Shown one piece after another: positions 46,013-59,480 of a DNA stretch of 64,000 nt; positions within the stretch are counted from its first letter, which is position 1; every line of letters begins with the position of its first letter. Source of the DNA: Azolla caroliniana (lineage: Eukaryota > Plantae > Polypodiophyta); the NCBI GenBank assembly GCA_043228905.1, contig JBHGNT010000011.1:3162001-3226000 (forward strand). The letters run 5' to 3'. The position numbers were made by a program, and so were the translations under genes. The notes under the pieces were generated by a model, which was given only the letters and a program-made list of their open reading frames with translations, did no database searches and had not been told where the DNA came from.

Positions 46013-49000
46013 TGTCAGGAATAGTACTAAATAGAGAGAGGATTAGTACTAAACAGGAGAGAATTAGTACTAGAGAAGGGAAGTACTATTAGTACTAAGA
46101 GGACGGGACTACGTAAGACTCCCGAGAGAGGAAGAGAGAAGAGGAGAGAGAGAGATAGCGAGGATGAGAGAGAGAGAGATGATGATAACAGATTATATAT
46201 TATAAGAAGAGTAAGTACAAAAGGGCTATGAGGCTAAAGACTGGCGTTGAACCAATTTGGTTCAACATAATGCCTAGTGCCCTCTTTTATAGTGTTCTCA
46301 TGAGTAATCCTGAAGCTTCTAGAATGTTCCAGAGAAATCTGGAATATACATTAATTTCCTATAATAAAATGTAAATGAAAATAATATCCTACATATTACA
46401 ATAGATGATATAATGGTCAAGAGCTCGACCCATATAACCTAAGGTCATAGGTTCGAGTCTTGCCATATCATGACACTATCCCCCCTTTAAAATGACGAGT
46501 GTCACGAGTCGTTCTGGATGGAGGACCCGGTTTGTGTGGATATTGACGATGGAAGTCCTCAAGAAGCACACGAGCATTGGTCACATTCTCGATCGGTTCC
46601 CAAGTACGTTCGTTGGGACTATAGCCTAGCCAATCGACTAGATAGTAGAGCTTGTTGCGAACAATCTTGGAATCAAGGATGGCGGCAACCTCGTACTCTG
46701 GTCCATCTTCAAGCTCGATCGGGGGTGGAGGTTGTATAATACGTCCTGGGATGGTGCTTTCGTGATAGGGTTCAAGGAGAGAACTATGAAACACCGGATG
46801 TATCCGAAGTTGAGGAGGTAGATTTAGATGAAAAGCGGCATCATTAATCTTTCCGATAATACGGAAAGGACCTAATCGCTGATAATCCAACTTCTCACAT
46901 GGGCGAGTAGTCTTGATGTGGCGTCGTAGCAGCCACACCCAATCTCCAATGTTAAAACTAGATGGAAGTCGATGACGATCCGCGTAGACCTTGTGTGTTT
47001 GTTGAGCTTGCTGGAGATGAGTAGATAAATCTGTTTGTATCTTGCGTAACTACTCCAAACGATCCTCAGCGCAAGGATTTGTGGACACCTCTAGGGTTTC
47101 AAGTACACTCCACCGAGGGTGACATCTCGTATAAGCATAAATGGCGTAACTTTAGTCGATGCGTGGATAGAGTTATTAAACGCAAATTCGGCGAAGTGGA
47201 GAATATCTGCCCAGTTATCCTGATGATAGCTGAGAAAGCACTGTAGATACTGTTGCAGCGTTTGATTTGTTCGTTCGGCTTGGCCGTCGGTTTGTGGGTG
47301 GTAGTCGAAGGAGAGGTTACAAGTGACCTTGAGCATTTTAAAAAGGTGCTTCCAGAATTTTGACACGAACTGGGGTCCACGATCGTTGACGATACTATCG
47401 GGAAGTCCATGATGCCGACATACTTCACGCATGACAATTTCGTCAGTGTCTTCACTGGAGATTTCCTTAGTACATGGCAAGAAATGAGCCATCTTCGTAT
47501 ATCGATCTACCACTGTTAGAATCGCATTGAACCCCTTAGAGACTGGAAGATCTGTGATGAAGTCTAGAGCAATGGATTGCCATGGCTTGCTTGGAATTTG
47601 TAATGGTTCTAATAAACCATATGGATGATGCTTTGGCATTTTCGCTCTACAGCATGTATCACAAGTCTGAGCAAAATCTTCGACAAATTGTCGCATACGG
47701 GGCCACCAGAATGATCGTTGTACTAAATCTAATGTTTTAGTACTACCAAAATGCCCAGTTGTATATGTGTCATGACAGTTTTGTACTACTCGAAGGTGGC
47801 AAGAACCATTAGGAACATACAAAAGTTCTTTAAAGAAGAGTAATCCATCATGGTATTTGAATTGTCGATAGTCCGTACCTGGTGGTTGCGACTATGAACA
47901 CGATGCTCGAGAGGGATCAATTTGTGCTAGTATAGCTTGGGCGAAAGCTTCTGTCTTCAGGTCCGCACATATGATATTGATAACATGGGAATCCATGGGC
48001 ATGCCAAAAACTTGTGTTGCATGTAGTCGTGCCGTGCCGGTCCCAAGATTACTTGCTTTTGGTGATCGAAAGCTAGCTCTACGGGACGCGGTGTTAGATA
48101 CGAACTCCGTGATAATGCATCTGCCTTCCCTTGGTGCTTCCCCGGACGATATGTAATTTTGAAGTCGAAACGCGTGAGGAAGTGGGCCCACCGAGCTTGA
48201 CGTCGATTTAACACACGAGCATCCTGAAAGTAGGCTAGGTTTTTATGGTCACTGAATACGGTGACTTGATGAGAGGATCCCTCTAAAAAATGTCTCCATT
48301 GCATAAACGAGTCCATTGTTGCCAATAGCTCCTTATCATGAATTTCGTAGTTGATTTCGGCGGCGTCAAACTTGCGTGAGTGAAAAGCCACAGGATGTAG
48401 CTTCTCATCATTACCCCGTTGTGATTGAATGCTCCCCAATGCGAAATGCGATGCGTCAGCTTCGATAATTAATGGTTTTTCCGGATCGACATGAGCTAGA
48501 ATTGGAGCCGATGTAAATGCCTTTTTAAGCCTCTCGAAAACCATATCTGCTTCTTCAGACCAAACGAACGATTGTCCCTTCCTGGTAAGATGTGTGAGAG
48601 GTAGAACGAGCTTTGAGTAATCTTGTATAAACTTCCGGTAAAAATTGGCAAAGCCTAAAAAGCATTGCACATCCCGCACCGAGTGTGGAGTCTGCCATTC
48701 TACCACCGTCTTGACCTTAGCTGGGTCCATGGAGATGCCTTCTGATGAAATGACGTAGCCGAGAAATTCCACCTAGTTGCACCCGAAACTACATTTTTCT
48801 GGCTTTGCGTAAAGACCATGTTCTCGAAGTCGTTTTAGTACTAACAGTACATGAGAATCATGCTCTTCTTCAATCTTTGAATAAACTAGTAGATCATCCA
48901 AGTAGATGATCAGACACACATCCAAGAGATCTCAGAATATATCATTTTCCATGTGCTGGAAGACTATTGGCGCATTAGTGAGGCCGAACGGCATGACCGT

Positions 49001-51719
49001 ATACTCGAAATGCCCATATCTAGTGTGGAACGCGGTCTTCGATTCATCTCCTGGTCGGATCCGTACGAGGTTATAGGCCCCCCGTAAGTTGATCTTTGTG
49101 AAGAACCTGGCACCATTGATCCATTCTAAAAGACTTGAGATAAGGGGAAGTGCATACCTATTGCGGATTGTAACTTTATTCAAGCCATAGTAATCTACCA
49201 CCAGACGAAGTGAGCCATCCTTTTTCTTGACGAAGAAAATGGGTGCACCGGCTGGAGATTTCGAATGTCGAATGAATCCATTCTCCAAATTCTCCTCTAT
49301 ATAGGCTCAAAGGACTTCTAGCTCGGTTGGTGACAAATTGTAGATCGGTCCCCATGGTGGCTCTTTCCCCGGTTGTAAATCGATGGGGCAATCATATGGT
49401 CGATGGTAAGGAAACGTATTGGCTCGTACTTTATCGAATACATCGGCATAATGATGATACTTCTTTGGAAGCTGAACGATGGACTCCTCTTTAGTGGTGT
49501 TGGAGGGTTTTAATGATATTGCGAAGAGAAACATTTCTTCCTTGTGTCCTTCTTCCCGCAATTGATGTAGTGAAATGGTGGCAATCTTCTGAGTAGATCC
49601 TCGGGTTTGTCGACACCGGATTTCTCTTGTTCTCCAATCTATGTCTAGGTTATGTAACTCGAACCATGGTAATCCCAAAACGATGGGATGTTCTGGGATA
49701 CTAATAATGTTAAATGATACTACACATGCTAAGTTATCTAGGACAATATTAACGGGTTCTGACTCTTCTATGATATTTCCGGAAGCAATGGGACGACCAT
49801 CAATGACAACTACAGAGGCTGGACACGGGAGTTTTCTAAGAGATATCTAATGAGCTTGGGCAAAATTCCTATCCATAAAGCAAGAATTAGCTCCGGAGTC
49901 TAGAAGTGCTAAGACGTGTACTGGAGGGGTACTTTTAGTACTAACTGTTACTTGGGCTACGAACACATTGCTAACTTGCTTAGAGGGAATGGAACCACTA
50001 ATGGGCTGCATAGATCTAGGACTGTCCAACCAAACGGCTCCTATTTTGGCTGGACTTAGTCGTTTAACTCTTCTTCTAACTGACTAAGGACATCAAATTT
50101 GTTCCCTAGATCTAGGCTATTAGTACTATTAGTACTATCAGATATCCCTACTGTAATAGGCTCGGGTTTAGTACAATTAGAACTAGCAACTATTTGGTTT
50201 ACCTGTCTTCTTGGCCTATGGGGACAATTTATTGCAATGTGTCCTGGTCCACCGCAGTAGAGACAGTCGATTTGTTCGGCGTCGCTACTTTTCTTCTTCG
50301 GATAATGGCCCTCGATGACGTGTAGTGTCAATCTCCATCGGAGTCAGAGTATTCACTAGAGGCGCATTATAGGACTCCCTCAGTAAAGGTTTTGCTACCA
50401 TTGAGGCGTAGGTGGGCTCTGATCTTGCCCTCGGCATCTGTAGCTGTCGTTCCGAACGTCGCTCAAAGAGGCGGTTGTCACATCTCACCGCGCGACTGAT
50501 TGCTTATGTTAAGGACTTTGGCTCTTCAAGGAAGGTCAAGAGTAAATCCTTGACATCGTTGCGTAAACCATAACGAAATTGCTCCATCAACGCTTGATCA
50601 TCCCAAGGGATGTCAACGGCGAGTAAGCGGAAATCTGCAGCGTATGCGGAGGCTAGACGGTCTCCTTGGCATAATCGCCGGATTTTGTTGATTGCGGTCC
50701 TTATGTTGTCAGTATCTCCAAAGCATGCTTTAAACTCACCTATAAACTCTTCAAAGTTGTTGAGTAATGGAGACTCCTTTTCCAACAGTGGAGCGAACCA
50801 TGCCCACGTTGAGCCACTTAACAGCGTCCCTACTAAACCCACTCGTGATGCATCGGTAGGATATCGGGAAGGATGCATTTGAATAACTAATCGTACTTTA
50901 TTAAGGAACCCTCTAAACTGCGATTGTGTTCCATCGAACTTCGTGGGAAGGCCAATCTTGGGTTCCTTATGAATCCCTTGTGTTCTGGGGCCTTATTGTT
51001 GCATCACTAAGATGGTTGCTTCGAGTTGTTGCACGCGTAATGCAAGTTCCCCATTTGTTGTTGCGTTTGCTGCTTTTCTAAGGAGATTTGTTGAAGATCC
51101 CCCAGCAACTGTTGATTTTCTTGTTCCAAAGCAAGGAACTTCTCTTTCAAGCATTGAAACTCTGAGAAAACATATTGGTATTCCTGAGTGCTAACAATGG
51201 CCATGGGATGAAAAGAAAAAAGGAATAAGAGATTAGTATGAAGGGAGAGAGACAGAAGCAAATTGGTTCAAACTGTCAAGAATAGTACTAAACAGAGAGA
51301 GAATTAGTACTAGAGAAGGGAAGTACTATTAGTACTAAGAGGACGGGACTGCATAACACTCCCGAGAGAGGAAGAGAGAAGAGGAGTGAGAGAGATAGCG
51401 AGGATGAGAGAGAGAGAGAGACATGATGATAATAGATTATATATTATAAGAAGAGTAAGTACAAAAGGGCTATGAGGCTAAAGACTGGCGTTGAACCAAT
51501 TTGGTTCAACATAATGCCTAGTGCCCTCTTTTATAGTGTTCTCAGGAGTAATCCTGAAGCTTCTAGAATGTTCCAGAGAAATCTGGAATATACATTAATT
51601 TCCTATAATTAAATATAAATGAAAATAAAATCTTGCGTATTACAATAGATGATATAATGGTCAAGAGCTCGACCCATATAACCTAAGGTCATGGGTTCGA
51701 GTCTTGCCATATCATGACA
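46013..51719 (-). mobile_element. Full-length but mutated Ty3/Gypsy chromovirus 'E' (Tcn1/Tf1-like); LTRs 46013-46475 and 51274-51719
   Basis: TSD TATGT/CATGT; gag (PTPMEID-like motif, CLYCGGPGHIAINC), LLDSGA, RT, RNase H (EADAS, YEIHDKELLA), integrase, chromodomain; PPT at 46479-46488. Confidence 0.93.
46468..46938 (-). pseudogene. Integrase C-terminus with GPF motif and a canonical chromodomain
   Basis: KLDYQRLGPFRI..IHPVFHSSLL..EYEVAAILDSK..YYLVDWLGYSPNERTWEP. Confidence 0.92.
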
Positions 51720-52219
51720 CATGTCCTTCTGTCGGACATTGCTCAACTCCTATCGAAGTTGCGGCTTCCAAGCCGTAATGCTTGCCGCAAAAACCTTCTT
51801 CAGGTTTCCCCAAGATTCTTTTGGCGTCTTGGCATCTCAGACATGGCTCAGTAGCTAGTCTCCGACACTGGACGCAAAGCAGTACATCACTCTACTTGCC
51901 GCTTGTTCCCACACTGGGAAGTCCTTGTGTGTCACGTCAAGTGTTGTGTCGCTAGCTCCGTCGACATAGCTCCAGTAACCATGCCTAAGCAGGTACTGGT
52001 GCATCTTGTATGACCAAGATGCGTAGTTGGATCTGTCGAGCTTCTCCACCGGGCGAGCTAGCCATTCCTTTGTCCATCACTTCTCTTTCTATTCTTATCG
52101 GGTTTTAGGGTTTGTCTTCAGATGCTGATGTCGGCTGCAGAGGTTCTCAACCCTCGCGCTCTGATACCATGTAAAAACGAAGGTGCATAAGCGTTAGACA
52201 ACCAACTTAGCCAGATAGC

Positions 52220-52262
<43 letters not shown>

Positions 52263-53475
52263 ACACACAGAAGGTACGCAGGAGGGACAGAGACAGAGAG
52301 AGAGCAGAACAACTTAAATCTATTATAAACAACTCTGTAAAATTCTTTGTATATACAACGTGCTCAACAACACTATTTATACAAGTCCTAAGAGGACTGA
52401 CAGAAGTATAGTGTACTTCAATGCTCACACGAGCGTTTGACACTAACTACGAGACATTAACTACCTAGTATTCTAAGCTGCTACTAGGCTTCCAGTTATT
52501 GCTTGATCCGGCTAACCGGCTCCCCAGCTCACCGATCTGGCTCATCCTTCCGAATGCCGATCCGGCTCAGGCTTATTCAGCTTATCCGGATCCGGTTGAG
52601 CTTGCTGCTCAACATTCTTCGAAGTTAATCCCTTGGGACGAGAGTTCAAACAACACCCGGCTGAAGGTGTTGATGTGAGAGGTTGCTAGGTCTGACTCTC
52701 TCATCTTCATATTGAATGATTATCGAATCAATATGAGTTTCTACGAGGAGGACTTCTTTTCATACACTACTTGCAACTTCTCCCATAATGAGAAAGTTTT
52801 CGTCTCCTTGGCCATGCTAAAGTAGACATTCTCAGCCAAATGCATTCGGATGGTGGAGCGCACAATTTCGTCGATGGATCCCCACTCTTCGGTTGTCATC
52901 GAAGTGGGTTTTTCGCTGTGTTGAATGGCTTCGACTTGTCTTCTGATGATCAGCACATCCCGGATCATCTTCTTCCACAAGGCAAAATTTTTGCCATCGA
53001 ACTTTCGCATTTCAACTCCTGTTTCGAATGTTGAAGCCATATTCTTTTTCGAAAGTGAGATTTTTACTGACCTTGTCTTCTTCTTCTTTTTTTCAGTTTC
53101 CTCTGTTGCTTTCGTTGCTGCTGAACAACAGGTCACTCTGATACCAGTTGATGGGAAGAATGCGCGGAAGTAAGTGAGTACCTTTTGGTGAATTTGCATA
53201 GCAAACAACACAGAGAGTATGACTAAAGAAATGATGGAAATGTAGACACAGTTCAAGCTCAAATGGAAGCTTTCGTTATTCTCTATTCTCTCTCTCTCTC
53301 TCTCTCTCTCTGACGCTAGATACAAGAATGATCAAGCCGAAGAGTTACAACATTAGGTTATTGCTTATATACTAAACCCTAATTATTTGGACGTGTTCAC
53401 AGTAGGATACAAAGTGGAAGGAGTCAACCTGTTATGCCAACAATGCCAACATAGCCGCTTTATCGGCTGACATCA

Positions 53476-55824
53476 ATTATTTTGCTACACTAATGGGATG
53501 AGGGTCCTCCATTGTCCCTAAGTTGACTTCCTCTAATGTGGAAGCCTTAACGCGCCGAGATATTTCCATTTCTTGCTCGAATGCCTCTTGGGCACAATGT
53601 AGTTCTACCACGGCGTATAGGTCCGGTTCCCATAGGTCCTCATTTGTGTCGGTGGGCTTCCCAACCGCATAAGGGCTTACTACTTCGATTACATCAATTT
53701 CAAAGAGCGACACAAGTTTCAGGTTCTCTTCCAAGTATCGGTCGACCTCCTCCTCATCCAACTCATCAAGCATGTGGACCCCTTCTGGCTATAGTGGTGC
53801 CATCTCTTTATTTGTCACCATATGTTCCTTAGTCGGCATGCGGATCTTGGTGCACCCCCTTTTAAAGCTTATGACATTGTGTTGCCAGCTCTATTTTATA
53901 TTAGCTGTCTGCAACCATGGTCGTCCTAACAAGAGGGGATACACCCTTGGGGCATCCAATTGTAGCATCACTACCGAGATCGCAAATGGGTACCTTCCTA
54001 TGGTGATATCTAGATTTCGGATAAGTCCCAGGGGATGAACGGAGCTTGTGTCAGCCATCCAAAGCCAAAATGGGCAAACCTCCCATTGCTTGATGCCCAA
54101 CCTATTGCAGGTTTCTTTATTAACGACATTCAGTCCCAACCCACCGTTGATTATGCAACCCGGTACCTCCTGCCCCTTGATGATTACCGTGATCGCGGGG
54201 TTTTGATGGTCCATCACGACTAGCCCGTCGGTCGGTTCGACAAGGTTACTAGGCACCGTCGGTCGTTCTTTGGTCTTCACTATTGCTGCTACCGATTCTC
54301 TAAATCGAGGGACCAGATTCAGCAACTTGCTCATGGTCATCGTGATCTGACAATCCATTAGAGCTTGCCAAATAGGGTCCTCGTCCCATGGTTCTTTGAC
54401 GGTCAATGCTTGTGGCTCAGGTAAGCGCTCCGGCATCAGACTGTTCTGCATCCATTCGGGATTGGCCCCATTGGCTTTTTCGACCCATACCTTTGCCGCC
54501 TTTTGGATCTTGGCTTGTACTTCCCAGTCTGATTGCTTCATTTTGCTCCGCGTGGGTTGTCGGCAAGTAAAACATTGGAGCGTCGTCACCATGCTAACTT
54601 CTCCTTGTTCAATCGGTGTAGGATGCAATGGCTCGGGTTGCCTTTTCAGTTCCTTCGAATCCAAGGGTTGTACTGATATTGCCACGTATGGCGAGGCTAT
54701 TGATGATTATCCCTCCAATTGGTGTTCGATGGCGGGCCAACGATCGTCCACTTGGTTATCGTCTATTCAACGTTGATTTTGGGACCTGCGGTTGTCCCCA
54801 TAATTCTTGGGTTTGGCAAATTCGCCCCTATTGTCTAGCGGCGGTCGATGGTTGTATCGGGGTGTGTAATCATTGTCATAACCAGTTAGCCACTTGTCCC
54901 TCTGGTGATAAACTGAACTTGGCTATCTTTGACGCATAGGTGTCAGCTTCTACCAATCTTTGCGATACGTGGTTGGCCTGCTATGTTGTCAGGAAGGACG
55001 GCGCACAAATGTGCCTCGGAGTCGGCCTCATCGTTGTATTTCAGATAAGGGTTGTGATGGACCTCGGAACTGTTGTTGTTGTTGGTCATTATTGGGTCAG
55101 GTTGCACTTTCAAGTGGGTTTCCAACGCTTGTTGGGTTTGTTATGTGAGCGTTGAGAGTCCGCCACACTCTCTTCGTGGCCTATCCGTTAGAAGTCCAAC
55201 TGAGACTACTCCATGAGCGCTGCCTCCGTCACGAGTCGGGAGTTTTCCCGGGTATGCGGTTTGCTTCGTCTTGCCATCCATCCCCCTGCCATTCTCTGCG
55301 TCTTCACAAATCAACCATGCATGCCAAAAGTGTTACCATCTTAGAGTAACACGGTGTCGGATACGCGTTCCTTTGGTATCTGACTCAAGGTCTTGTGGTA
55401 TCGAGACTGAATGTGAACATGTGTAGAGAAATTATGTATTCTTTGAATCAGGTTGCAATGATTGTGGACTATGGAGACTGGAAGTTGAGCCTACTAAAAC
55501 CGACTGGTGGGGTACAACACACAGAGAAACAGACTACAAATGCTCAACACAGAAAAACTCTTGACACAAGAACACAGTATAAGCAACACAAATATTTTAT
55601 TATGAAACACAAACTTAAGACATTGATACAACCGGTTAGTTTTTACATCTTTCCATGTCCCTTTTTATAGGGAGCATGGACGGTTACGTCTAGACGTGAA
55701 CCGCTACTACTTCCACTAATTATGTTTATAGACGTTTCTTCTCCCTGTCCGGCCCCACCCATCTTCGACCTGACAAGTAACCATCCTTGGCTTTTCATTC
55801 ATGGGCTATCTTGACCGGCCAACA
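53476..55824 (-). mobile_element. 5' part of a Gypsy element 'F' related to G (LTR about 55331-55824, gag remnants, protease), interrupted by Copia C
   Basis: WEVCPFWLWMADTSSVHPLGLIRNLDITIG..YPLLLGRPWL is homologous to 3362..4075; LTR TGTTGGCCGG..GGTAACA followed by a TGGCATGC PBS-like site. Confidence 0.75.
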
Positions 55825-57905
55825 CATAATTTCCCAAATTCCAACACAAGGAATGATAGTTGACAACAAGTTGAACACTCTTTTGCTAATGAGCAATCTT
55901 CCTCCTTCGTGGGAAACTTTCATCACGACCATGTGTAACGCATTGGCTACAACCGTCAAGTACTCTGAGATTACGAGCTCCATCCTATCCAAAGACACTC
56001 GGAGTAAAACTTCCGTACACGAGTCAAAAAGTGATGCCTTTATGGTGCAAAGTTCAGGTGACCGACCGAACAATCGAGGAAGAAGTTCTTCTCGAGTGCC
56101 GACTAATGCTAATAGTCGAAGTAAGTCTAGGGACACACAAACATGCAATTATTGCAAGAAACCCGGGCATATTAAAGTCGAATGTTATGCTCTCAAGGCT
56201 AAGAACGAAAAGACTTAGAGATCAGAGCAAAAGGGCAGCTGAACAAAGGAAGTGAATTTCGTCGGAGCAGCTCTTCCACTGTCGACTCTTCAGCCACAAT
56301 CTTGTCAAACGACCTGAATATTCTAATAATAATAAACATAGTCAAATTGGAAGTTTTGTATACGACCGAAGAAGCTACGAGTTGGCTTCTCAATTCGGGT
56401 GCCTCCTATCATGTGGCCCCACATCAGTCACAATTTCGGTAATATACGACTCAGAATTCCAACTCAGTTCGAGTCGGCAACTCCCAGCATTGTGCCATTG
56501 TCGACATCAACACACTAGAACTCAACCTTCTAAGTGGTTCTACTTTAGTACTCCATGATGTCCGACCCGTCCCAGAACTAACACAACCGCTAATCTCGGT
56601 GGGATAGCTTGACGAAGTAGGCATTTGCGCCAGCTTTTCATCATGAGGATGGACACTCCACAGAGGGAACCTCCTACTTGCTTGTGGGCCAAAGGTACAT
56701 TCATTATACTCATTGTATGTCACACTCAAAGAGGGTGACCTTTTCCTAGTTAATATCCTAGTGTCATCCCTATGGCACGGACGACTCGGGCACGTGAGCA
56801 AAGTCGGCATAAAACACCTATCTAAAGCCGGATATATTCCCAAGCTCTCCTTCTCCGGCCATCAATTCCGTGAGCATTGCCAGTATGGCAAGCAAGCCGC
56901 GACATCGCACCTGACCAGTGCACCAAGAGAGTCGAGCCCGCTCGACTTGGTCCATTTGGATGTCTGTGACCCTATGCCACATCAGTCTCTCAGTGGTGCA
57001 TCATACTTCATCACAATTATTGATGACGTGACTCGGAAGGTGTGGGCGTATCCGGCTCAAACAAAAGATCGCATGTTCATGGTCTTCACGGATTGGCTCG
57101 CGATGGTCGAAAATCAAACTAGCCAAAAGTTGAAATGCCTACAATCGAACAATGAGGGAGAATACAAATCAGACGAATTCATCAAATTCTACCGACAAGG
57201 CGACATCAGGAGGTAATTTACGGCTTCGTATAGTCTAAAGCTAAATGACATTACTGAATGCATGAACCGAACAATTTAGGAGCGAATTGAGGAAGGGGTA
57301 TTATGTCAAATATTGTCATATAATGGAGGCATTCACATTATCCCATTAGACAAACTAGATTAGGCTATTTCTATCAATAGCATAAAGAGCATTTTTCCTA
57401 GTTTGATTAGTATATAACCGACTTTGTAACTAGTTTGTAAGATGATGTTGTAACTACCATTCTTTGAATAATACAATTGGATTTTGTTGTGCCTCTTTGT
57501 TGTTGTTGTTCTCTCTCTCTCGCTCTCTCTCTTTATCGTAATTACCTTACCTTAGTGGTAAGTTGTTAGCACGCATTGCGTTCTGGGTTCGAAACCCAAC
57601 TTCTTCACCTCTCTATTATATACTTCTTATATATCTCGTAGTTCACTAGATGCCACCGTGGAATGTAGGGGTTGAACCCATGACCACTCTCTCTCTCTTA
57701 TCGTAATTAGCTTACCCTAGTGGTAAGTCGATAACACTACAAGCACTATATTGTGCCTTGGGTTCGAAACCCAATTTTTTCACCTCTCTATTATATACTT
57801 CATATATATCTCTGTTTCACTAGATGCCACTGTGGAATGTAGGGGTTGAACCCATGACCAGCTGGTCTCCATTGGGCAACCTTACCAACTGAGCTACATC
57901 CATCT

Positions 57906-57940
<35 letters not shown>

Positions 57941-58069
57941 TTTGGTGCATGTTGTCTCCATTACATCTCTGTTCTCTGTCCCTTCTCATTAACTTGTAGT
58001 CTATTACCATACAATGTTGTGTTGTAATCATCCATTCATAGATGACACCTCTCCAACATATCGGCAACA
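55825..58069 (+). mobile_element. Old internally deleted Copia 'H' (gag C-terminus, knuckle, protease, partial integrase, PPT about 57288-57298, probable 3' LTR from 57304)
   Basis: LPPSWETF, CNYCKKPGHIKVEC, LWHGRLGH, LVHLDVC and NNEGEY motifs; the right LTR boundary is uncertain. Confidence 0.7.
57535..57905. mobile_element. Partly duplicated tRNA-derived (SINE-like) sequence within a (CT)n tract
   Basis: Plus strand: TAGTGGTAAG..GGGTTCGAAACCC twice. Minus strand: TGTAGCTCAGTTGGTAA..GGGTTCAACCCC. Confidence 0.5.
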
Positions 58070-59014
58070 AGCATATCCTGAGCTACAAAGGGATCATCTT
58101 ATACGCCATGAGAGGGCAATAAAAGGGAGTGGTGGGGCCTTGACAGAGTGTGGCCCGAGGAGGCGCAACGACAATCGGAACTGCTGCGACTAGAAAGTGA
58201 AGAAGAAGTTTGTACATGGTGGTTGCCCCATCCCAATAGTAGAGTGTGAAAATGGGCACAACAAAAAGGCTTGAGCTTCTTTTAAGCAACAAAAGAGGTG
58301 TGTGTGTGAAAAATATATATTTAAAATAAATATGTATATAAATATGTATTATGTATATATTTGCTTCTTAATTGCCTTTGTAAATTATTGCTCTGTTTTT
58401 CCACAGAAGAGAGGCATCCCAGGTACTCTGTTTGTTACTTCTGTTCATCACCTAATTTATCAATTATTTTTCTGTTCATTTTCTCTGCTTGTTTTCTCAT
58501 TCCTTTCTTCGATTTATTTTTTCGTGTTAATTTTCCTGTTTATTTCTGCTCATTTCTATGTTTTTGTTTTCCTGTTCAATTTCGCTTGTTTTTTTTCCCC
58601 CTATCATTTACATTTATTATTCCCATAGATGCTCGATCTCAACAGAAAACCAGCTATTTTTTTCTGTTCATTTCTGTTTTTCTCTTTGTTTTTTCTCCAC
58701 ATTTTTTAGTTCTTTATTTCCGTTAATTTCTTTGTTTTTGGCTTTCTTCTTCTGTTTCTTCAATTTACGTGAAAATTTTGTTTTGTATCAAGGTTATTTT
58801 TATATGCTAGTTTTTGCTTATTTTTATTATTTATTAGATTTTAATCAGAATTCACAGACATTATTGGTTTTAGAGATGGTTTTCCTGTACCAATCAACAT
58901 CCATGCATGGAAGAATAGGAAGTCATGTGAAAATACAATAAAAATGCAACAGAAGTTTTATATATTATATTATATTTTGCAATGTGAAAAATATATGCAT
59001 ATGCATAGAGACGA

Positions 59015-59480
59015 AAAACCAGATGAAATATGATACCTATACATGCATGCGTACATGTATATAGTTACGTGTAGATATAGAAACCAAGATGAAATATGGT
59101 ATATGTATGCATGTATACATCTATATAGCTAAATATTGAAATGGGACCAAGATGAAGTGGCATATGTACATGCATTTTTATGTCTATATAGTTGTATACA
59201 AGCATGCAAAATGAAGATTAAATGCAGTTTAAATATCTGCATGTGTACATAGATATGGAAAACACATACATACATACATACATATACATATAGATAGATA
59301 GATAGATAGATATGGGAACCAAGATGAAATGTGGTATGTACATATACGTTTGTACATCTATATAGTTACACAGAAATGTGTGGCAAAGATGAAATGTGGC
59401 ATGTATATGCATGTGTCCATCTATATAGGTATGTAAAGCACAATGACTTTTGCATTCATGCATCTATACAGGTACAGTTA
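59015..59480. repeat. Degenerate, about 60-bp AT-rich tandem repeat
   Basis: Recurring AAGATGAAATRTGGYATATGTA..CATCTATATAG. Confidence 0.6.

Larger units (their letters stand above)
41163..52614 (-). mobile_element. Copia 'D' with an internal deletion; LTRs 41163-42497 (contains the LINE) and 52170-52614
   Basis: TSD TTCTT (41158-41162, 52615-52619); PBS ending 52169; PPT 42498-42506; EKLDRSNYASW, WYVDSS, LYVDDL and SSTEAEY motifs. Confidence 0.9.
40270..53475 (-). mobile_element. Degenerate Copia 'C': 5' LTR 53149-53475, PBS about 53135-53146, gag 52620-53040 and 40270-41157 (knuckle, protease); interrupted by D and by O
   Basis: RKFDGKNFALWK gag start; FCTHYRKAGHNVSDC; WLLDSG; LTR TGATG..CATCA. 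Confidence 0.82.

Noticed and set aside
58302-58941. Phe/Leu-rich ORFs as membrane proteins (also 38855-39180)
   Set aside because: They arise from T-rich low-complexity or (TCT)n sequence that is open in several frames.
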